Source: an uncultured Arcobacter sp. (GTDB lineage Bacteria; Campylobacterota; Campylobacteria; Campylobacterales; Arcobacteraceae). Taken from it: a stretch of DNA of 64,000 nucleotides. The position numbers and the translations under genes were made by a program. The DNA lies in NCBI GenBank assembly GCA_965140705.1, contig OZ223301.1:64001-128000 (forward strand), read 5' to 3'. The first letter of the stretch is position 1. The number at the start of each line of letters is the position of its first letter. The notes below the pieces were generated by a model. It saw only the letters and a list, made by a program, of their open reading frames with translations. It did no database searches and had not been told where the DNA came from. Below, piece after piece: positions 20,902-32,245 of this stretch.

Positions 20902-21243
20902 TTAATAATTTTCATTTTTTCTTTTATTGCAATTTAAATCGCAATCCCCACAAATATTTGAATCAATCATTTTTTTATATTCATCATAAACACAATTAGA
21001 AGAGTGTTTCGTACAAATATAAGGAATATTTTGTTTTTTTGCTATATTTTTATATTTGTGCATAACATTGTGGTTTAAAAATGATGTAAGCATAATAATA
21101 CAATCTGTATCTTGTGGAATTTTTTTCTTTGGTGCAGATGATTTTTTTCTTGCATCCCAATGCCTAATAGAACTTGCTCCTAAATCTTCTAACGTAGATA
21201 TTATAGTAGATATCTTATCCCCGCCAATAACTAATACACTCAT
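20902..21243 (-). CDS. DUF2325-like protein with Cys-rich tail
   Basis: MSVLVIGGD...D.IIMLT.FLNHN...K..AKK..IP; tail CGDCDLNC. Confidence 0.75.
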   Translation of the reverse strand: MSVLVIGGDKISTIISTLEDLGASSIRHWDARKKSSAPKKKIPQDTDCIIMLTSFLNHNVMHKYKNIAKKQNIPYICTKHSSNCVYDEYKKMIDSNICGDCDLNCNKRKNENY

Positions 21244-21290
21244 AATACTTCCTTAGTTTTAATTTATATTTTCAAATAAATAGTTCTTAT

Positions 21291-21305
21291 TGATAATAAT
21301 TATTA
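21291..21305. promoter_or_regulatory. Fur box 1 upstream of the DUF2325 gene
   Basis: TGATAATAATTATTA; 14/15 match to consensus. Confidence 0.7.
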
Positions 21306-21341
21306 AAATAGTATAGGAAGTAAACTTAAAGTATTATTAAT

Positions 21342-21360
21342 ATTGATAGTTGTTATCAAT
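21342..21360. promoter_or_regulatory. Fur box 2 upstream of the DUF2325 gene
   Basis: ATTGATAGTTGTTATCAAT dyad. Confidence 0.7.
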
Positions 21361-21368
21361 TAATACTT

Positions 21369-21587
21369 TTATTTCTTTTCACTTTCTTCTTTTTCTTCAT
21401 CACAGTTTTGTGTGCAGTAACCAAAAATTAGAGTTCTAATAACAAAAAATAAAATTCCAGCAAGCATAACAATGCCAATAAATTTTTCAGTTGCAATAAT
21501 TCCTAAGTAGTCCAGAAAAACTCCGCATATTATTACAAGTACATAAAATATCAGGACCCTTTTATCTTCTGGTATTAAAAAAAACAT
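21369..21587 (-). CDS. Small two-TM hypothetical protein
   Basis: Two hydrophobic helices, CTQNC and an acidic tail; abuts the upstream ORF. Confidence 0.6.
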   Translation of the reverse strand: MFFLIPEDKRVLIFYVLVIICGVFLDYLGIIATEKFIGIVMLAGILFFVIRTLIFGYCTQNCDEEKEESEKK

Positions 21588-21884
21588 CTATTTTCTCGAA
21601 GGAATATATCTAAAAAATAGATATAAGATTAATAACATAATAATTAAAATACCAACTGATGAAAAACTAAGTATCATCTGTGGATCACCACTTCCCCTCT
21701 GATAATTCTTATTCATAAATAAGAATGTAGTTGATAAAAGCATAAATGATGCAGTAATAACCGCAATAAGGTGAGTAATTACTTTGTGGATTTTTGTTTT
21801 ATAAAAATCATAAACCATTTTCCATGTAAGTACTGCTGATACTAGAGTAAGTATTAATATTATAATTTGATCACTATTTTGCAT
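21588..21884 (-). CDS. Small three-TM hypothetical protein
   Basis: Three hydrophobic helices; AAAGGA RBS. Confidence 0.65.
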   Translation of the reverse strand: MQNSDQIIILILTLVSAVLTWKMVYDFYKTKIHKVITHLIAVITASFMLLSTTFLFMNKNYQRGSGDPQMILSFSSVGILIIMLLILYLFFRYIPSRK

Positions 21885-22079
21885 AAAATATTTTCCTTTT
21901 TTTGAAATAACTTATATGAGTGTATAAGTGCTTTTATTATAACAAGTTTTTTGTAGAAATTTCTAAAATATGGTGCGCAAAAGATAGAAAGATAGTTTAT
22001 TATTATAAGTAAATTAAATTAAAATTATAATTATATTTACTAAGTTTAAATAAGATAAAATACTTCAAATATAGGAGTA

Positions 22080-23495
22080 ATGATGTTTTTTGGCAATTGT
22101 AAAGAGAAAGATTTAGAAATAATTATGTTAAGAAAAAAAGTTGAGACTTTAGAAGAAGAGGTAAAGCTTGAAAAACTTAAACATGATGAAAATTTAGTTA
22201 AGTTGAAGTCTAAATATAAAGATGAAATGCAAAGAATGAAAGAAGAATTAGAGATATTTAAAAATATTTCTAAGAGTTCTTTTGAGGAGGGGTTAATTGC
22301 ATTTGATAAGAATAAGAATGAAATTTTCAAAAATGAAAGAGCAAGTTCACATGTAACAGATAGTAGTGTAATTTTAAATGCAATTAAAGAAAATAAATCT
22401 ACAGTTATTCTTGGAGATTGTGAAGCTAAAATCACTTTACAAAGCTTTGACAATGTGGATGTTGTTATACTTACAAAAGTATCAATAAAAGATGCTGAAA
22501 ATAGTTCAATATTAAAATATAATGGAGAAAACATTAGTAATGCTTTAACTTCAACTCAAGAGGTGTATGTAAGTTTATTGGATGATTTAGATTCAATGAT
22601 GACTGAATCTAAGGATACTGCAAAAGGTTCCCTTTCAGGACTTAACTTAACTGAAAGCATTGTAAAGGATACAGGATTTATTCAAGAGCATATTCAATCA
22701 GAAAATATTATGGTACACAATCTTGTAGAAAATAGTAAAAATATCTCTTCAGTTATAACTATGATAGAAGCAATAGCATTTCAAACAAATATTTTGTCAC
22801 TTAATGCAGCGGTAGAAGCCGCAACTGCTGGAGAAGCTGGAAAAGGTTTTGCAGTAGTTGCACAAGAAGTTAGAAACTTAGCAACTAGAAGTGCTGAGGC
22901 AGCAAAAGAGATAAAAAAAGTAGTTGATTTAATACAAAATGAAAGTTTAAATATAAAAAATAGTTCTGATGAGATTGCAAAATCAGTTGATGAAACTAAA
23001 ACAAGAGTTGATGAACTTATTAAATTAATGAATAGTTTTGAAAAAAATTCTAGTAGATCAGTTTTTGAAGTAGAAAGTATAAGTAACAAAATCTTTATTA
23101 ATCTTGCAAAATTAGATCATATAATTTATAAAAATAATCTGTATAAACTACTTTTTGGAGAACCTAATAATTTTAATGGTGTTGACCATCATAATTGTAG
23201 ACTTGGTAAATGGTACGAGACTGGGCTTGGAAAAACTGAATTTAGTTTTGTGCATTCATATAAACAACTTGAGCCTTATCATAGAGCAGTACATGATAAT
23301 GCGAATGCGTTGGCAACTGAATGTTCAAGTAAAGATGAAATTTGTACAACAGAAATTATTGAAAATAGAGTTCACAAAATAGAAAAAGCAAGTGAAGGTG
23401 TTTTTGACTTATTAGACAGAATTTTGGATGAGAAAAATCATCATTTGATGAATGAAGCTGCAAAAGAATTATTTGAAAAAAAGATTAAAGGCTGA
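22080..23495 (+). CDS. Soluble methyl-accepting chemotaxis protein with C-terminal CZB domain (TlpD-like)
   Basis: [30 protein letters not shown]; no [21 protein letters not shown] zinc ligands. Confidence 0.92.
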   Translation: MMFFGNCKEKDLEIIMLRKKVETLEEEVKLEKLKHDENLVKLKSKYKDEMQRMKEELEIFKNISKSSFEEGLIAFDKNKNEIFKNERASSHVTDSSVILNAIKENKSTVILGDCEAKITLQSFDNVDVVILTKVSIKDAENSSILKYNGENISNALTSTQEVYVSLLDDLDSMMTESKDTAKGSLSGLNLTESIVKDTGFIQEHIQSENIMVHNLVENSKNISSVITMIEAIAFQTNILSLNAAVEAATAGEAGKGFAVVAQEVRNLATRSAEAAKEIKKVVDLIQNESLNIKNSSDEIAKSVDETKTRVDELIKLMNSFEKNSSRSVFEVESISNKIFINLAKLDHIIYKNNLYKLLFGEPNNFNGVDHHNCRLGKWYETGLGKTEFSFVHSYKQLEPYHRAVHDNANALATECSSKDEICTTEIIENRVHKIEKASEGVFDLLDRILDEKNHHLMNEAAKELFEKKIKG

Positions 23496-23498
23496 AAA

Positions 23499-23873
23499 AT
23501 GAGTGATAAAATATATAATATTGCTATTGTTGATGACACTAAAGAGATAATTGAAATGTTATCTAAATCACTTTCAAGAAGTGATAAATATAAAGTTTCC
23601 ACTTATACAAATCCACTTACTGCTATTGATAATATTAATTCAAAGATTGATGTTGTATTTTTAGATATAGTTATGCCACAAATGGATGGACTTGAAGTTT
23701 TAGAAAAAATAGTTGAAAAAAATCCAGATATAAAAGTTATCATGATGACAGCAAGTTCTACTTTAGATAGAGTTTTAAAAGCACATAAATATGGGGCAAC
23801 ACACTATATAATGAAACCATTTGATTCTATGGATGCTATTTTGAAAAAACTTGAATTAGTAATTAACTTGTAG
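23499..23873 (+). CDS. Single-domain response regulator
   Basis: IVDD, FLDIVMP.MDG, MMTA, YIMKPF. Confidence 0.92.
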   Translation: MSDKIYNIAIVDDTKEIIEMLSKSLSRSDKYKVSTYTNPLTAIDNINSKIDVVFLDIVMPQMDGLEVLEKIVEKNPDIKVIMMTASSTLDRVLKAHKYGATHYIMKPFDSMDAILKKLELVINL

Positions 23874-25595
23874 ATGAAAAAAAACTTTTTTACTTTTTTT
23901 ATATTCATTTTTTTAGAAGTTATTATATACACAAGTTTAATTTATAATGAAAATTTACATATTAACAAGGTACTAGATAATAATTTACATAATAGTCATG
24001 GAGAACTTAAAGTTTTAAGGGAGTATTTTTTTGAAGAATCTGATGAAAAGATTTATAGTAAATTTAGTCATATTGTTTTATTAAAATCAACCTTAGATAT
24101 TAAAACATACCAAGATTATGAAAAGAAAATAGAAAAGTTATCTACTCTTTTTACTGATGTAAGAGAGTTAAATTATTTAAAAAATAAAAAAGTTTTTGAG
24201 GTAATAAAAAATAAAGAAGAAAAAGTATTACTCTTTGAAAAAGGTAAAACAAGTATTTGCATATCTTTCATTCCTTATTATTTTGACTCTAAAAATGTTT
24301 TAAATTACTTTATAAGATTTAATAATCAATCTCAAATCTATGATATGAAGTTTAGAACAAATATACTATTTTTAGTTTTTTCTATACTAATTGCTATATT
24401 AGTGGGATATACATATTTTATATATAACATCAAAACAAAACTTTCAATTAAAAATGAAGAAAATGAAGAATTGCTTAACGTAATTGATAAGTACATATTA
24501 ATGACTGAAACTGATAAAGAAGGCTTTATTACTAAGGTATCAACTGCTTTTTGTGAAGTGACTGGTTTTTCAAAACGAGAATTAATAGGTAGACCTCATA
24601 ATATCATCAGACATCCTGATGTAAAAAGAGATGTATTTAAACAGATGTGGGATGAGATAAAATCTGGAAAAATTTGGAAAGGTGAGATAAAAAATATAGA
24701 CAAAAATGGCAATATTTATTGGGTAGAGGGAACAATTGTTCCTAAATATGATAAAGACAAAAATATAATTGGTTACCTCTCATTAAGAAAGGATATAACT
24801 GATAAAAAAAGACTTGATGAATTAAATGGCAACTTAAAATATCAAATAGAAGAAAAAATCAATGAAATGGAAATTTTAGATTCAAACTTAATACAACAAT
24901 CTAAAAAAGCATTGGTAGGTGATTTGCTTGATATTATTGCTCACCAATGGAAACAGCCTTTATCTATAATGTCTTTATACGCAATTGATTTAAGTGAAAG
25001 TGTAAAATATGGTGAAATGAATCAAGAATATGCAAATGAATTAAGTGAAAAGTTCCAAAGGCAAATAGCACATTTATCTTCTACTTTAACTAGTTTTAGA
25101 ACATTCTTTAGTCCAAGTGATATATATGATAAATTTACTCTTTATGAAAATGTAGAAAATGTTTTACTACTTTTAGAAGATGAATTAAAAATCAATAAAA
25201 TAGATATAAAAATAGAAGGAGATAAAAATATAAAAATATATGGAATCTCAAATGAGTTTCAGCATATTTTTTTAAATTTTATTAGTAATTCTAGGGATGC
25301 CTTTATAGAAAAAGGGATTAAAAATCGACAAATTATAATCTCCTTTTTTGAAAAAAATGGTCAAGTACAAATTGACTATATAGATAATGCAGGTGGAATA
25401 AAAGAGAATATTCTTCATAAAATTTTTGATTTGAATTTTACCACTAAACCAATAGGATTAGGGACAGGTGTAGGTATGTATGCAACAAAACTAATTATTG
25501 ATAAATTAAGTGGAAAAATTAGTGTAAATAACTATAAAGATGGAGTTAATTTTAGAATTTTACTTCCCAATAAAGATAGAAAAGAAAATGATTGA
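23874..25595 (+). CDS. Membrane PAS sensor histidine kinase
   Basis: Two TMs, Aer-like PAS (HNIIRHPD...W.GEIKN), IAHQWKQPL, DNAGGI, GTGVGMY. Confidence 0.92.
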   Translation: MKKNFFTFFIFIFLEVIIYTSLIYNENLHINKVLDNNLHNSHGELKVLREYFFEESDEKIYSKFSHIVLLKSTLDIKTYQDYEKKIEKLSTLFTDVRELNYLKNKKVFEVIKNKEEKVLLFEKGKTSICISFIPYYFDSKNVLNYFIRFNNQSQIYDMKFRTNILFLVFSILIAILVGYTYFIYNIKTKLSIKNEENEELLNVIDKYILMTETDKEGFITKVSTAFCEVTGFSKRELIGRPHNIIRHPDVKRDVFKQMWDEIKSGKIWKGEIKNIDKNGNIYWVEGTIVPKYDKDKNIIGYLSLRKDITDKKRLDELNGNLKYQIEEKINEMEILDSNLIQQSKKALVGDLLDIIAHQWKQPLSIMSLYAIDLSESVKYGEMNQEYANELSEKFQRQIAHLSSTLTSFRTFFSPSDIYDKFTLYENVENVLLLLEDELKINKIDIKIEGDKNIKIYGISNEFQHIFLNFISNSRDAFIEKGIKNRQIIISFFEKNGQVQIDYIDNAGGIKENILHKIFDLNFTTKPIGLGTGVGMYATKLIIDKLSGKISVNNYKDGVNFRILLPNKDRKEND

Positions 25596-25717
25596 TAGAT
25601 ATTTGAGTAATATTCAAATATATATGATATAATCACAAAAAATATATTACTCTTCGTTTCTAGTAATCCTTACGAAAAACCAATCAGCAAAACAACATAT
25701 ATTTACAAAAGGCATTT

Positions 25718-27091
25718 ATGACATTTAAAGAACTTGGTTTAATTGAACCATTATTAAAAGCAATTAAGGATAAAGGTTATATAAAACCAAGTCCTATTCA
25801 AGAACAGGCTATTCCTATTATTTTAGAAAAACATGACGTTTTAGCAGGTGCTCAAACTGGTACAGGAAAGACTGCTGGATTTACACTTCCATTATTACAA
25901 ATATTAAGTAAAAAAGAATCAAAAAATACTAAGCCAGAAATTAGAGCTTTAATTTTAACACCTACACGAGAATTAGCAGCACAAGTTGCTCAAAGTGTTG
26001 ATGATTATGGAAAATATCTTCCAATGAAAACAGCAGTTATCTTTGGTGGAGTTGGAATAAATCCACAAAAAGCACTTATAAGAAAGGGAGTTGATATAGT
26101 TATAGCAACTCCTGGAAGATTATTAGATCATATTGAACAAAAAACAATAGATATCTCACATGTAGAACACTTCATCCTTGATGAAGCAGATAGAATGCTA
26201 GATATGGGGTTTATAAGAGATATAAGAAAAGTACTTGCACTTTTACCTTCTCATAGACAAAATCTTCTATTTTCTGCAACATTTTCCGATGAGATTAAAA
26301 AATTATCTGATGGAATTCTAAATAAACCAAAACTAATAGAAGTAGCTAGAAGAAATACTTCATCTGAAATGGTATCTCAAGTTATTCATTTAGTAGACAA
26401 AGATAGAAAAAAATCACTTTTATCAAAACTTATTAAAGATGGTAAGTGGAAACAAGTACTTGTATTTACAAGAACAAAACATGGTGCAAACAAACTTAGT
26501 CAACAATTAGAAATTGATGGAATAAGTGCTACTGCAATTCATGGAAATAAATCCCAAGGTGCTAGAACAAAAGCTTTGGCTGATTTTAAAGCAAGTTCTG
26601 TAAGAGTACTTGTGGCAACTGATATTGCAGCAAGGGGAATAGATATTGATCAACTTCCACATGTGGTTAATTTTGAATTACCAAATGTAGCAGAAGATTA
26701 TGTTCATAGAATCGGAAGAACAGGAAGAGCTGGAAATGAAGGTCAAGCTGTATCTTTAGTATGTGTTGATGAACTTGATTATTTAAAAGGAATCGAAAAA
26801 CTTATTAAGACTTCAATAAAAAAGGTTCTAATAGAAGGTTTTGAAGTTGATCCTAGTATAAAAGCAGAACCTATAAATAATGGTAGAAATAAAGGACGAA
26901 ATAGCTCAAGTTCACGAAAAACATCTAAAAAAGAGTTCTCAAGTGAAACTAATAGAAGAAGAGATAAAAAGCCTTTTAGAAAAAGTGATGAGTCAAAAAG
27001 AAGTGAAAAATCATCTTCTTCAAAATCTACTCAATTAAGAACAGATAATAGAACAAATAGACAAAGAAGACAAAGAGTTCAAAAAGATTAA
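25718..27091 (+). CDS. rhlE: DEAD-box RNA helicase (RhlE-like)
   Basis: Q motif, [29 protein letters not shown]; basic C-terminal tail. Confidence 0.9.
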   Translation: MTFKELGLIEPLLKAIKDKGYIKPSPIQEQAIPIILEKHDVLAGAQTGTGKTAGFTLPLLQILSKKESKNTKPEIRALILTPTRELAAQVAQSVDDYGKYLPMKTAVIFGGVGINPQKALIRKGVDIVIATPGRLLDHIEQKTIDISHVEHFILDEADRMLDMGFIRDIRKVLALLPSHRQNLLFSATFSDEIKKLSDGILNKPKLIEVARRNTSSEMVSQVIHLVDKDRKKSLLSKLIKDGKWKQVLVFTRTKHGANKLSQQLEIDGISATAIHGNKSQGARTKALADFKASSVRVLVATDIAARGIDIDQLPHVVNFELPNVAEDYVHRIGRTGRAGNEGQAVSLVCVDELDYLKGIEKLIKTSIKKVLIEGFEVDPSIKAEPINNGRNKGRNSSSSRKTSKKEFSSETNRRRDKKPFRKSDESKRSEKSSSSKSTQLRTDNRTNRQRRQRVQKD

Positions 27092-27156
27092 TTACTTTTT
27101 TTATATAAATAAAAAATAATAATAAAAAAGCTACTATAGTACAATTATTAAAAGGG

Positions 27157-29076
27157 TTGCTAATGAAAAAGGCACTATTTGTACTTATGCTTTTACCAAT
27201 TTTTTTATTTGCTAATGAATATAAAAAAGTAACTCTTCAATTAAATTGGCTAAATCAGTTTCAATTTGCAGGTTATTATGTTGCAAAAGAAAAAGGCTTT
27301 TATAAAGATGTTGGTCTAGATGTTGATATAAAAGAGTACACCTTTAATACTGATTTATTAAATTCAATAAAAACTGGAAAATCTGATTTTGCAATAGGAC
27401 GATCTTCTTTATTAATTGATCGAGCAAAAGGTGAAGATATAGTTGCCTTAGGGGCTATATTTCAAGAATCACCTATGATGCTTTTGGTAAGAAAAGATTC
27501 TCATATAATTAGTGTTCGTGATTTAAAAGGTAAAAATATCATGATTACACCAGATGCTGCTTTTTCAGCATCCCTTCTAGCAATGCTAAGTGCCAATGGA
27601 ATAAGCAGAAAAGATTTTACAACTCAAAATCACTCTTTTAATTTGGATGATTTGATTTCAGGTAATACAGATGCTATGGCATCATACTTATCAAATGAAC
27701 CAATAACTTTAGATGAAAAAGGGATTAAGTACAAAGTTTTTAAACCAAAAGATTATGGCTTTGAATTCTATAGTGATATTCTTTTTACTTCTGGTAAGTT
27801 TATAAAAAATAATCCAAAACTTACAAAAGATTTTTATGAAGCTAGTTTAAAGGGATGGGAATATGCCTTTGAACATAAAGCTGAGGCTGCAGAAATAATA
27901 TATAAAAAATATAATTCACAAAATAAATCATATATTCATCTTATCAAAGAAGGTGAAATCTTATCAAAATTGGCTTATATAGATAATACAGAAATAGGTG
28001 CTTTAAGTAAGAAAAAATTGCAAAATATTTTTAATGTATTTAAATTGTTTGGTTTAGTAAAATATGATATAAAAATGAATGATTTTATATATGATGGAAA
28101 CTCTCATAAAACAATGAGTTTTGAAATTTCTCCTATGGAACAAAAGTTTATTTTTATAATTTTGTTTTTGTTTATAACAGTATTTTTAGTTGTAATTTTT
28201 GTATTAAAGAAAAATAAATATTTAAAAGAACAACTACAAACAGTAATAGATGCTACTGATGATTTTATACTATATAAAGATAGTAAGTTTAGATACCTAG
28301 GTTGTAACAAAAGTTTTGAAAAATTTGTGGGTAAAAAGAAATCTGAAATAATAGGAAAAGATGATTTTGAACTTTTTTCAAAAGAGCATGCTCAACTATT
28401 TAGAAAAAGGGATATGGAAGCTCTTAAATTAAACTCAATACATACAAATCATGAACACGTAAAGTATGAAAATCAAAATATAATTATGCAATCAAAAGTA
28501 ATACCTTTTAAATATATGAAAAGTAAAGAAGAAGGTATTTTAGTAGTATGTAGAGATATAACAGAACTTCATGATATACATGAAAAGCTAAAAAAAGAAG
28601 CCTATCACGATGAGCTGACAAATATCTTTAATCGAAAAGCATTTAATGAAAGAATTGAAGAAAAATTTGACTTATATTATAGATATAAAAATGAATTTTG
28701 TATTGCTATGTATGATATAGATGACTTTAAATGTATAAATGATACATATGGACATGATGTTGGTGATAAAGTATTGATTGATATGACAAATTATATAAAA
28801 AAACATATAAGAAAAACAGATTTAATTTTTAGAGTAGGTGGAGAAGAATTTATAGTGCTTCTTCCTAAAACACCAATTTTGGAAGCATTTGATGTAATTG
28901 AAAAAATTAGAATTGGAGTATCTAAGTTGAATCTAATTAAAGATAAAAAAGTGACAATAAGTATAGGTATCACACAAGTAAAAGAAAATGATAATCCAAC
29001 TTCTATTTATGAAAGAATTGATAAGTTAATGTATGTATCAAAACATGAAGGGAAAAACAGAACATCAAGGGATTGA
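27157..29076 (+). CDS. Diguanylate cyclase with NMT1/THI5-like periplasmic binding domain, TM and PAS
   Basis: LQLNW..QFQFAGYY.A.EKGFY; TM; PAS; DID.FK.IND.YGH..GD and RVGGEEF. Confidence 0.9.
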   Translation: MLMKKALFVLMLLPIFLFANEYKKVTLQLNWLNQFQFAGYYVAKEKGFYKDVGLDVDIKEYTFNTDLLNSIKTGKSDFAIGRSSLLIDRAKGEDIVALGAIFQESPMMLLVRKDSHIISVRDLKGKNIMITPDAAFSASLLAMLSANGISRKDFTTQNHSFNLDDLISGNTDAMASYLSNEPITLDEKGIKYKVFKPKDYGFEFYSDILFTSGKFIKNNPKLTKDFYEASLKGWEYAFEHKAEAAEIIYKKYNSQNKSYIHLIKEGEILSKLAYIDNTEIGALSKKKLQNIFNVFKLFGLVKYDIKMNDFIYDGNSHKTMSFEISPMEQKFIFIILFLFITVFLVVIFVLKKNKYLKEQLQTVIDATDDFILYKDSKFRYLGCNKSFEKFVGKKKSEIIGKDDFELFSKEHAQLFRKRDMEALKLNSIHTNHEHVKYENQNIIMQSKVIPFKYMKSKEEGILVVCRDITELHDIHEKLKKEAYHDELTNIFNRKAFNERIEEKFDLYYRYKNEFCIAMYDIDDFKCINDTYGHDVGDKVLIDMTNYIKKHIRKTDLIFRVGGEEFIVLLPKTPILEAFDVIEKIRIGVSKLNLIKDKKVTISIGITQVKENDNPTSIYERIDKLMYVSKHEGKNRTSRD

Positions 29077-29087
29077 TTTGATGTTTT

Positions 29088-29483
29088 TGGTGGAGATGTG
29101 GAGAATTGAACTCCAGTCTTAAAACAGCTACTACCAGCGTCTACATGTTTAGAGGGGCTGAAAAATTTCACTTTGTAACAGCTCAACCCGCAAGGCGATC
29201 ACAAAGCTAAGATTTAGAATTTCTCAATAAAAGTCAATCAATCTTTTAAAGATAATCTATCTAGGGTGAACCAGCGATAATCTACATAGATAGAATCTGT
29301 AGTGCTAGCCTCCGAGACTCAAGCCGTTAGGCGAGTCAAAAGTAAGTTAAACTTACGCAGCTTTTGCGTAAGCTGGAGCGTAATTTGTATTATTTGCGTC
29401 TAAAAAAAATGAACCGTATAACGGCATGTTCAGGCCGACATGCAACCAATCCTCACTGCTCTAATCGATACCAAGTCATCCCC
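29088..29483 (-). ncRNA. ssrA: tmRNA
   Basis: 5' GGGGATG pairs with 3' CATCTCC-A-CCA (G3.U alanine determinant); T-arm GGAGTTCAATTCTCC; tag ORF 29397-29353 encodes ANNTNYAPAYAKAA*. Confidence 0.97.
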
Positions 29484-29628
29484 ATATCAAAGAAGAGAAG
29501 TATATCTTAAATTCCTTTAAATAAAATTTATATTTGTGTAATTAAATTTTAACCAAATTTTGGTAACCTTGTTGTTCTTTAACTATTATTTTAATATAAT
29601 ATTAACAATTTTAAAAGTAGAGGTTTTT

Positions 29629-30822
29629 ATGAAAAAAGGTATATTAATTATTGGTGCTGGTGGAGTTAGTCGGGTTGCAACTGTTAAGTGTGCGATGAAT
29701 ATAGATACATTTGAGAAAATTACATTAGCTTCAAGAACTATTTCAAAATGTGAATCAATTAGAGATGACATTTTAAAAAATCAAAATGTAGAGATCTCTG
29801 TAGCTTCTGTAGATGCTGATAGTGTTGATGATTTAGTAATACTTATTGAAAAAGTTAATCCAAAATTAGTTTTAAATGTGGCATTACCATATCAAGATTT
29901 AACAATCATGGATGCTTGTACAAAATGTGGTGTTGATTATGTGGATACTGCAAATTATGAACATCCAGATGTTGCAAAATTTGAATACAAAGAACAATGG
30001 GCAAGAAATAACCAGTTTAAAGATGCTGGTATTATGGGACTATTAGGTTCAGGATTTGACCCAGGTGTTACTGGTGTATTTTGTGCTTATGCTCAACAAA
30101 ATCTTTTTGATGAAATCCACTATATTGATATTATGGATTGTAATGCAGGTGATCATGGCTACCCTTTTGCTACAAACTTTAATCCAGAAATCAATCTTAG
30201 AGAGGTATCTGCAAATGGTAGGTATTGGGAAAATGGTGAATGGATAGAGACAAAACCACTAGAAATAAGAGTTGATCATGATTATCCTGAAGTTGGTGTA
30301 AAACCATCTTATCTTTTATACCATGAAGAGTTGGAATCATTGTCAAAAAATATTAAAGGTCTAAAAAGAATTAGATTCTTTATGACATTTGGTGATTCTT
30401 ATATACAACACATGAATTGTTTACAAAATGTAGGTATGTTAGGAATTGAACCTGTTATGCATAAAGGTGTAGAAATTATTCCAATAGAGTTTTTAACTAC
30501 ATTATTACCAGATCCTTCAAGTTTGGGACCAAGAACTGTTGGAAAAACAAATATTGGATGTATTATTGAAGGTATAAAAGATGGTAAAGCTAAAAAAGTT
30601 TATATTTATAATATTTGTGACCACCAAGAGTGTTATAGAGAAACAGGTGCACAAGCTGTAAGTTATACTACCGGAGTTCCTGCAATGATTGGTTCTAAAT
30701 TACTTTATAAAGGTGTTTGGAAAAACAAAGGTGTATTCAACATAGAAGAGTTTGATGCTAAACCATTTATGGATGAATTAATGGAACAAGGTCTTCCTTG
30801 GAAAATATTAGAATTAGAATAA
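29629..30822 (+). CDS. Carboxy(nor)spermidine dehydrogenase (saccharopine dehydrogenase family)
   Basis: Start at MKKGILIIGAGGV; NVALPYQDL, GSGFDPG, ATNFNPEINLRE; upstream of nspC. Confidence 0.92.
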   Translation: MKKGILIIGAGGVSRVATVKCAMNIDTFEKITLASRTISKCESIRDDILKNQNVEISVASVDADSVDDLVILIEKVNPKLVLNVALPYQDLTIMDACTKCGVDYVDTANYEHPDVAKFEYKEQWARNNQFKDAGIMGLLGSGFDPGVTGVFCAYAQQNLFDEIHYIDIMDCNAGDHGYPFATNFNPEINLREVSANGRYWENGEWIETKPLEIRVDHDYPEVGVKPSYLLYHEELESLSKNIKGLKRIRFFMTFGDSYIQHMNCLQNVGMLGIEPVMHKGVEIIPIEFLTTLLPDPSSLGPRTVGKTNIGCIIEGIKDGKAKKVYIYNICDHQECYRETGAQAVSYTTGVPAMIGSKLLYKGVWKNKGVFNIEEFDAKPFMDELMEQGLPWKILELE

Positions 30823-30932
30823 ATTTTTATTCTTTAGGCTTTGCTTCTTTAGATGGAATTTATTTCCATTGTTAAAAGAAGTTAAAAATATAAAGTTCCC
30901 TTGAAAAATGGAACATTTTTAAAGGAAAAATT

Positions 30933-31097
30933 ATGCAAAAATATATCTGTAAAGTATGTGATTATATATATGACCCAGCTATTGGTGATGAAGATAGTGG
31001 TATAGTTGCTGGAACTGCATTTGAAGATTTACCTGAAGATTGGGAATGTCCAGACTGTGGTGTAAGTAAAGAAGACTTTGAGCCATATAATGACTGA
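30933..31097 (+). CDS. Rubredoxin (54 aa, absent from the ORF track)
   Basis: Hand translation [54 protein letters not shown]; two CxxC motifs; AAAGGA RBS. Confidence 0.95.
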   Translation: MQKYICKVCDYIYDPAIGDEDSGIVAGTAFEDLPEDWECPDCGVSKEDFEPYND

Positions 31098-32226
31098 TAT
31101 TGTTAATTCTTTTGAAGAATTACCAAGTCCTTGTTTTGTATGTGAAGAAGAACTTTTAAAGAAAAACCTTGAACTTTTAAAAAAGATTCAAGATGAAGCA
31201 GATGTAAAAATTTTGCTTGCTTTAAAAGGTTTCTCTTTATATTCAACATTTGATTTATGTAAAGAGTATTTACAAGGGTGTTGTGCTTCTGGATTACATG
31301 AAGCATTATTGGCATCTAAAGAGTTTGGAAGAGAAGTTCATACTTATTCTCCTGCTTTTAAAGAAGAAGAAGTTGATGAAATAGTATCTTTATCAAATCA
31401 CATTGTATTTAACTCAATTACTCAATTAAAAAAATTTGAAAACAAAGCTATAGGTCAAACTTCTATTGGACTTAGAGTAAATCCAGAGTACTCTTCTGTT
31501 GAGGTTGATTTATATAATCCTTGTGGAGCATTTTCAAGACTTGGGATTACAAGAAAAAATTTTGACAAAGATGCTATTTTTAATGTAGAAGGTCTTCATT
31601 TTCATGCTCTTTGTGAGCAAAATGTAGATGCATTAGAGGGTGCTTTAAAAAGTTTTGAAGAAAAATTTGGTGAGTTTTTACCTAAAATGAAATGGGTAAA
31701 CTTTGGTGGTGGGCACCATATTACAAGAGCTGATTATGATGTAAATGGATTAGTTACTCTTTTGAAAGAGTTTAAAATAAGATATCCACATTTAGAAGTT
31801 TATTTAGAACCAGGTGAAGCAGTAGGTTGGAAAACAGGATACTTAAGTGCTACAGTTTTAGATATTGTAAATAATGGTATGGATATAGCTATTTTAGATA
31901 CTTCAGCAGAAGCTCATATGCCAGATACTCTTGCTATGCCATATAGAGCAGATATAAGAAATAGTGCAGAATTTGGTGTTAAAAAGTATACTTATAGATT
32001 AGGTGGTAATACTTGTTTGGCTGGTGATATTATTGGGGATTATTCATTTGATGAACCCTTAAAAGTTGGAGATAAAATAATACTTGAAGATATGATACAT
32101 TATACCATGGTAAAAACTACCACTTTCAATGGAATTAAGTTACCATCTATTGCAATAAAAAAGGCAGATGATTGTTACCAAATTGTAAAAAACTTTGGTT
32201 ATAATGAATATAAAGCAAGACTTTAA
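31090..32226 (+). CDS. nspC: Carboxynorspermidine decarboxylase
   Basis: LLALKGF, YNPC...[36 protein letters not shown]. Confidence 0.95.
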   Translation: MTDIVNSFEELPSPCFVCEEELLKKNLELLKKIQDEADVKILLALKGFSLYSTFDLCKEYLQGCCASGLHEALLASKEFGREVHTYSPAFKEEEVDEIVSLSNHIVFNSITQLKKFENKAIGQTSIGLRVNPEYSSVEVDLYNPCGAFSRLGITRKNFDKDAIFNVEGLHFHALCEQNVDALEGALKSFEEKFGEFLPKMKWVNFGGGHHITRADYDVNGLVTLLKEFKIRYPHLEVYLEPGEAVGWKTGYLSATVLDIVNNGMDIAILDTSAEAHMPDTLAMPYRADIRNSAEFGVKKYTYRLGGNTCLAGDIIGDYSFDEPLKVGDKIILEDMIHYTMVKTTTFNGIKLPSIAIKKADDCYQIVKNFGYNEYKARL

Positions 32227-32245
32227 TATTTAAAAGGTAATAAAA

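Noticed and set aside
22046..23089. Antisense ORFs of 162 and 102 aa
   Set aside because: Shadow frames of the chemoreceptor gene with no motifs
29077..29120. tRNA gene or island attachment site at the TGGTGGAG end
   Set aside because: It is the tRNA-like 3' end of tmRNA; no duplicate of it and no integrase was seen in the window
30844..30881. Imperfect hairpin upstream of rubredoxin as a REP or riboswitch
   Set aside because: Only one copy was seen and it matches no aptamer I recognise; more likely an mRNA stability or termination structure
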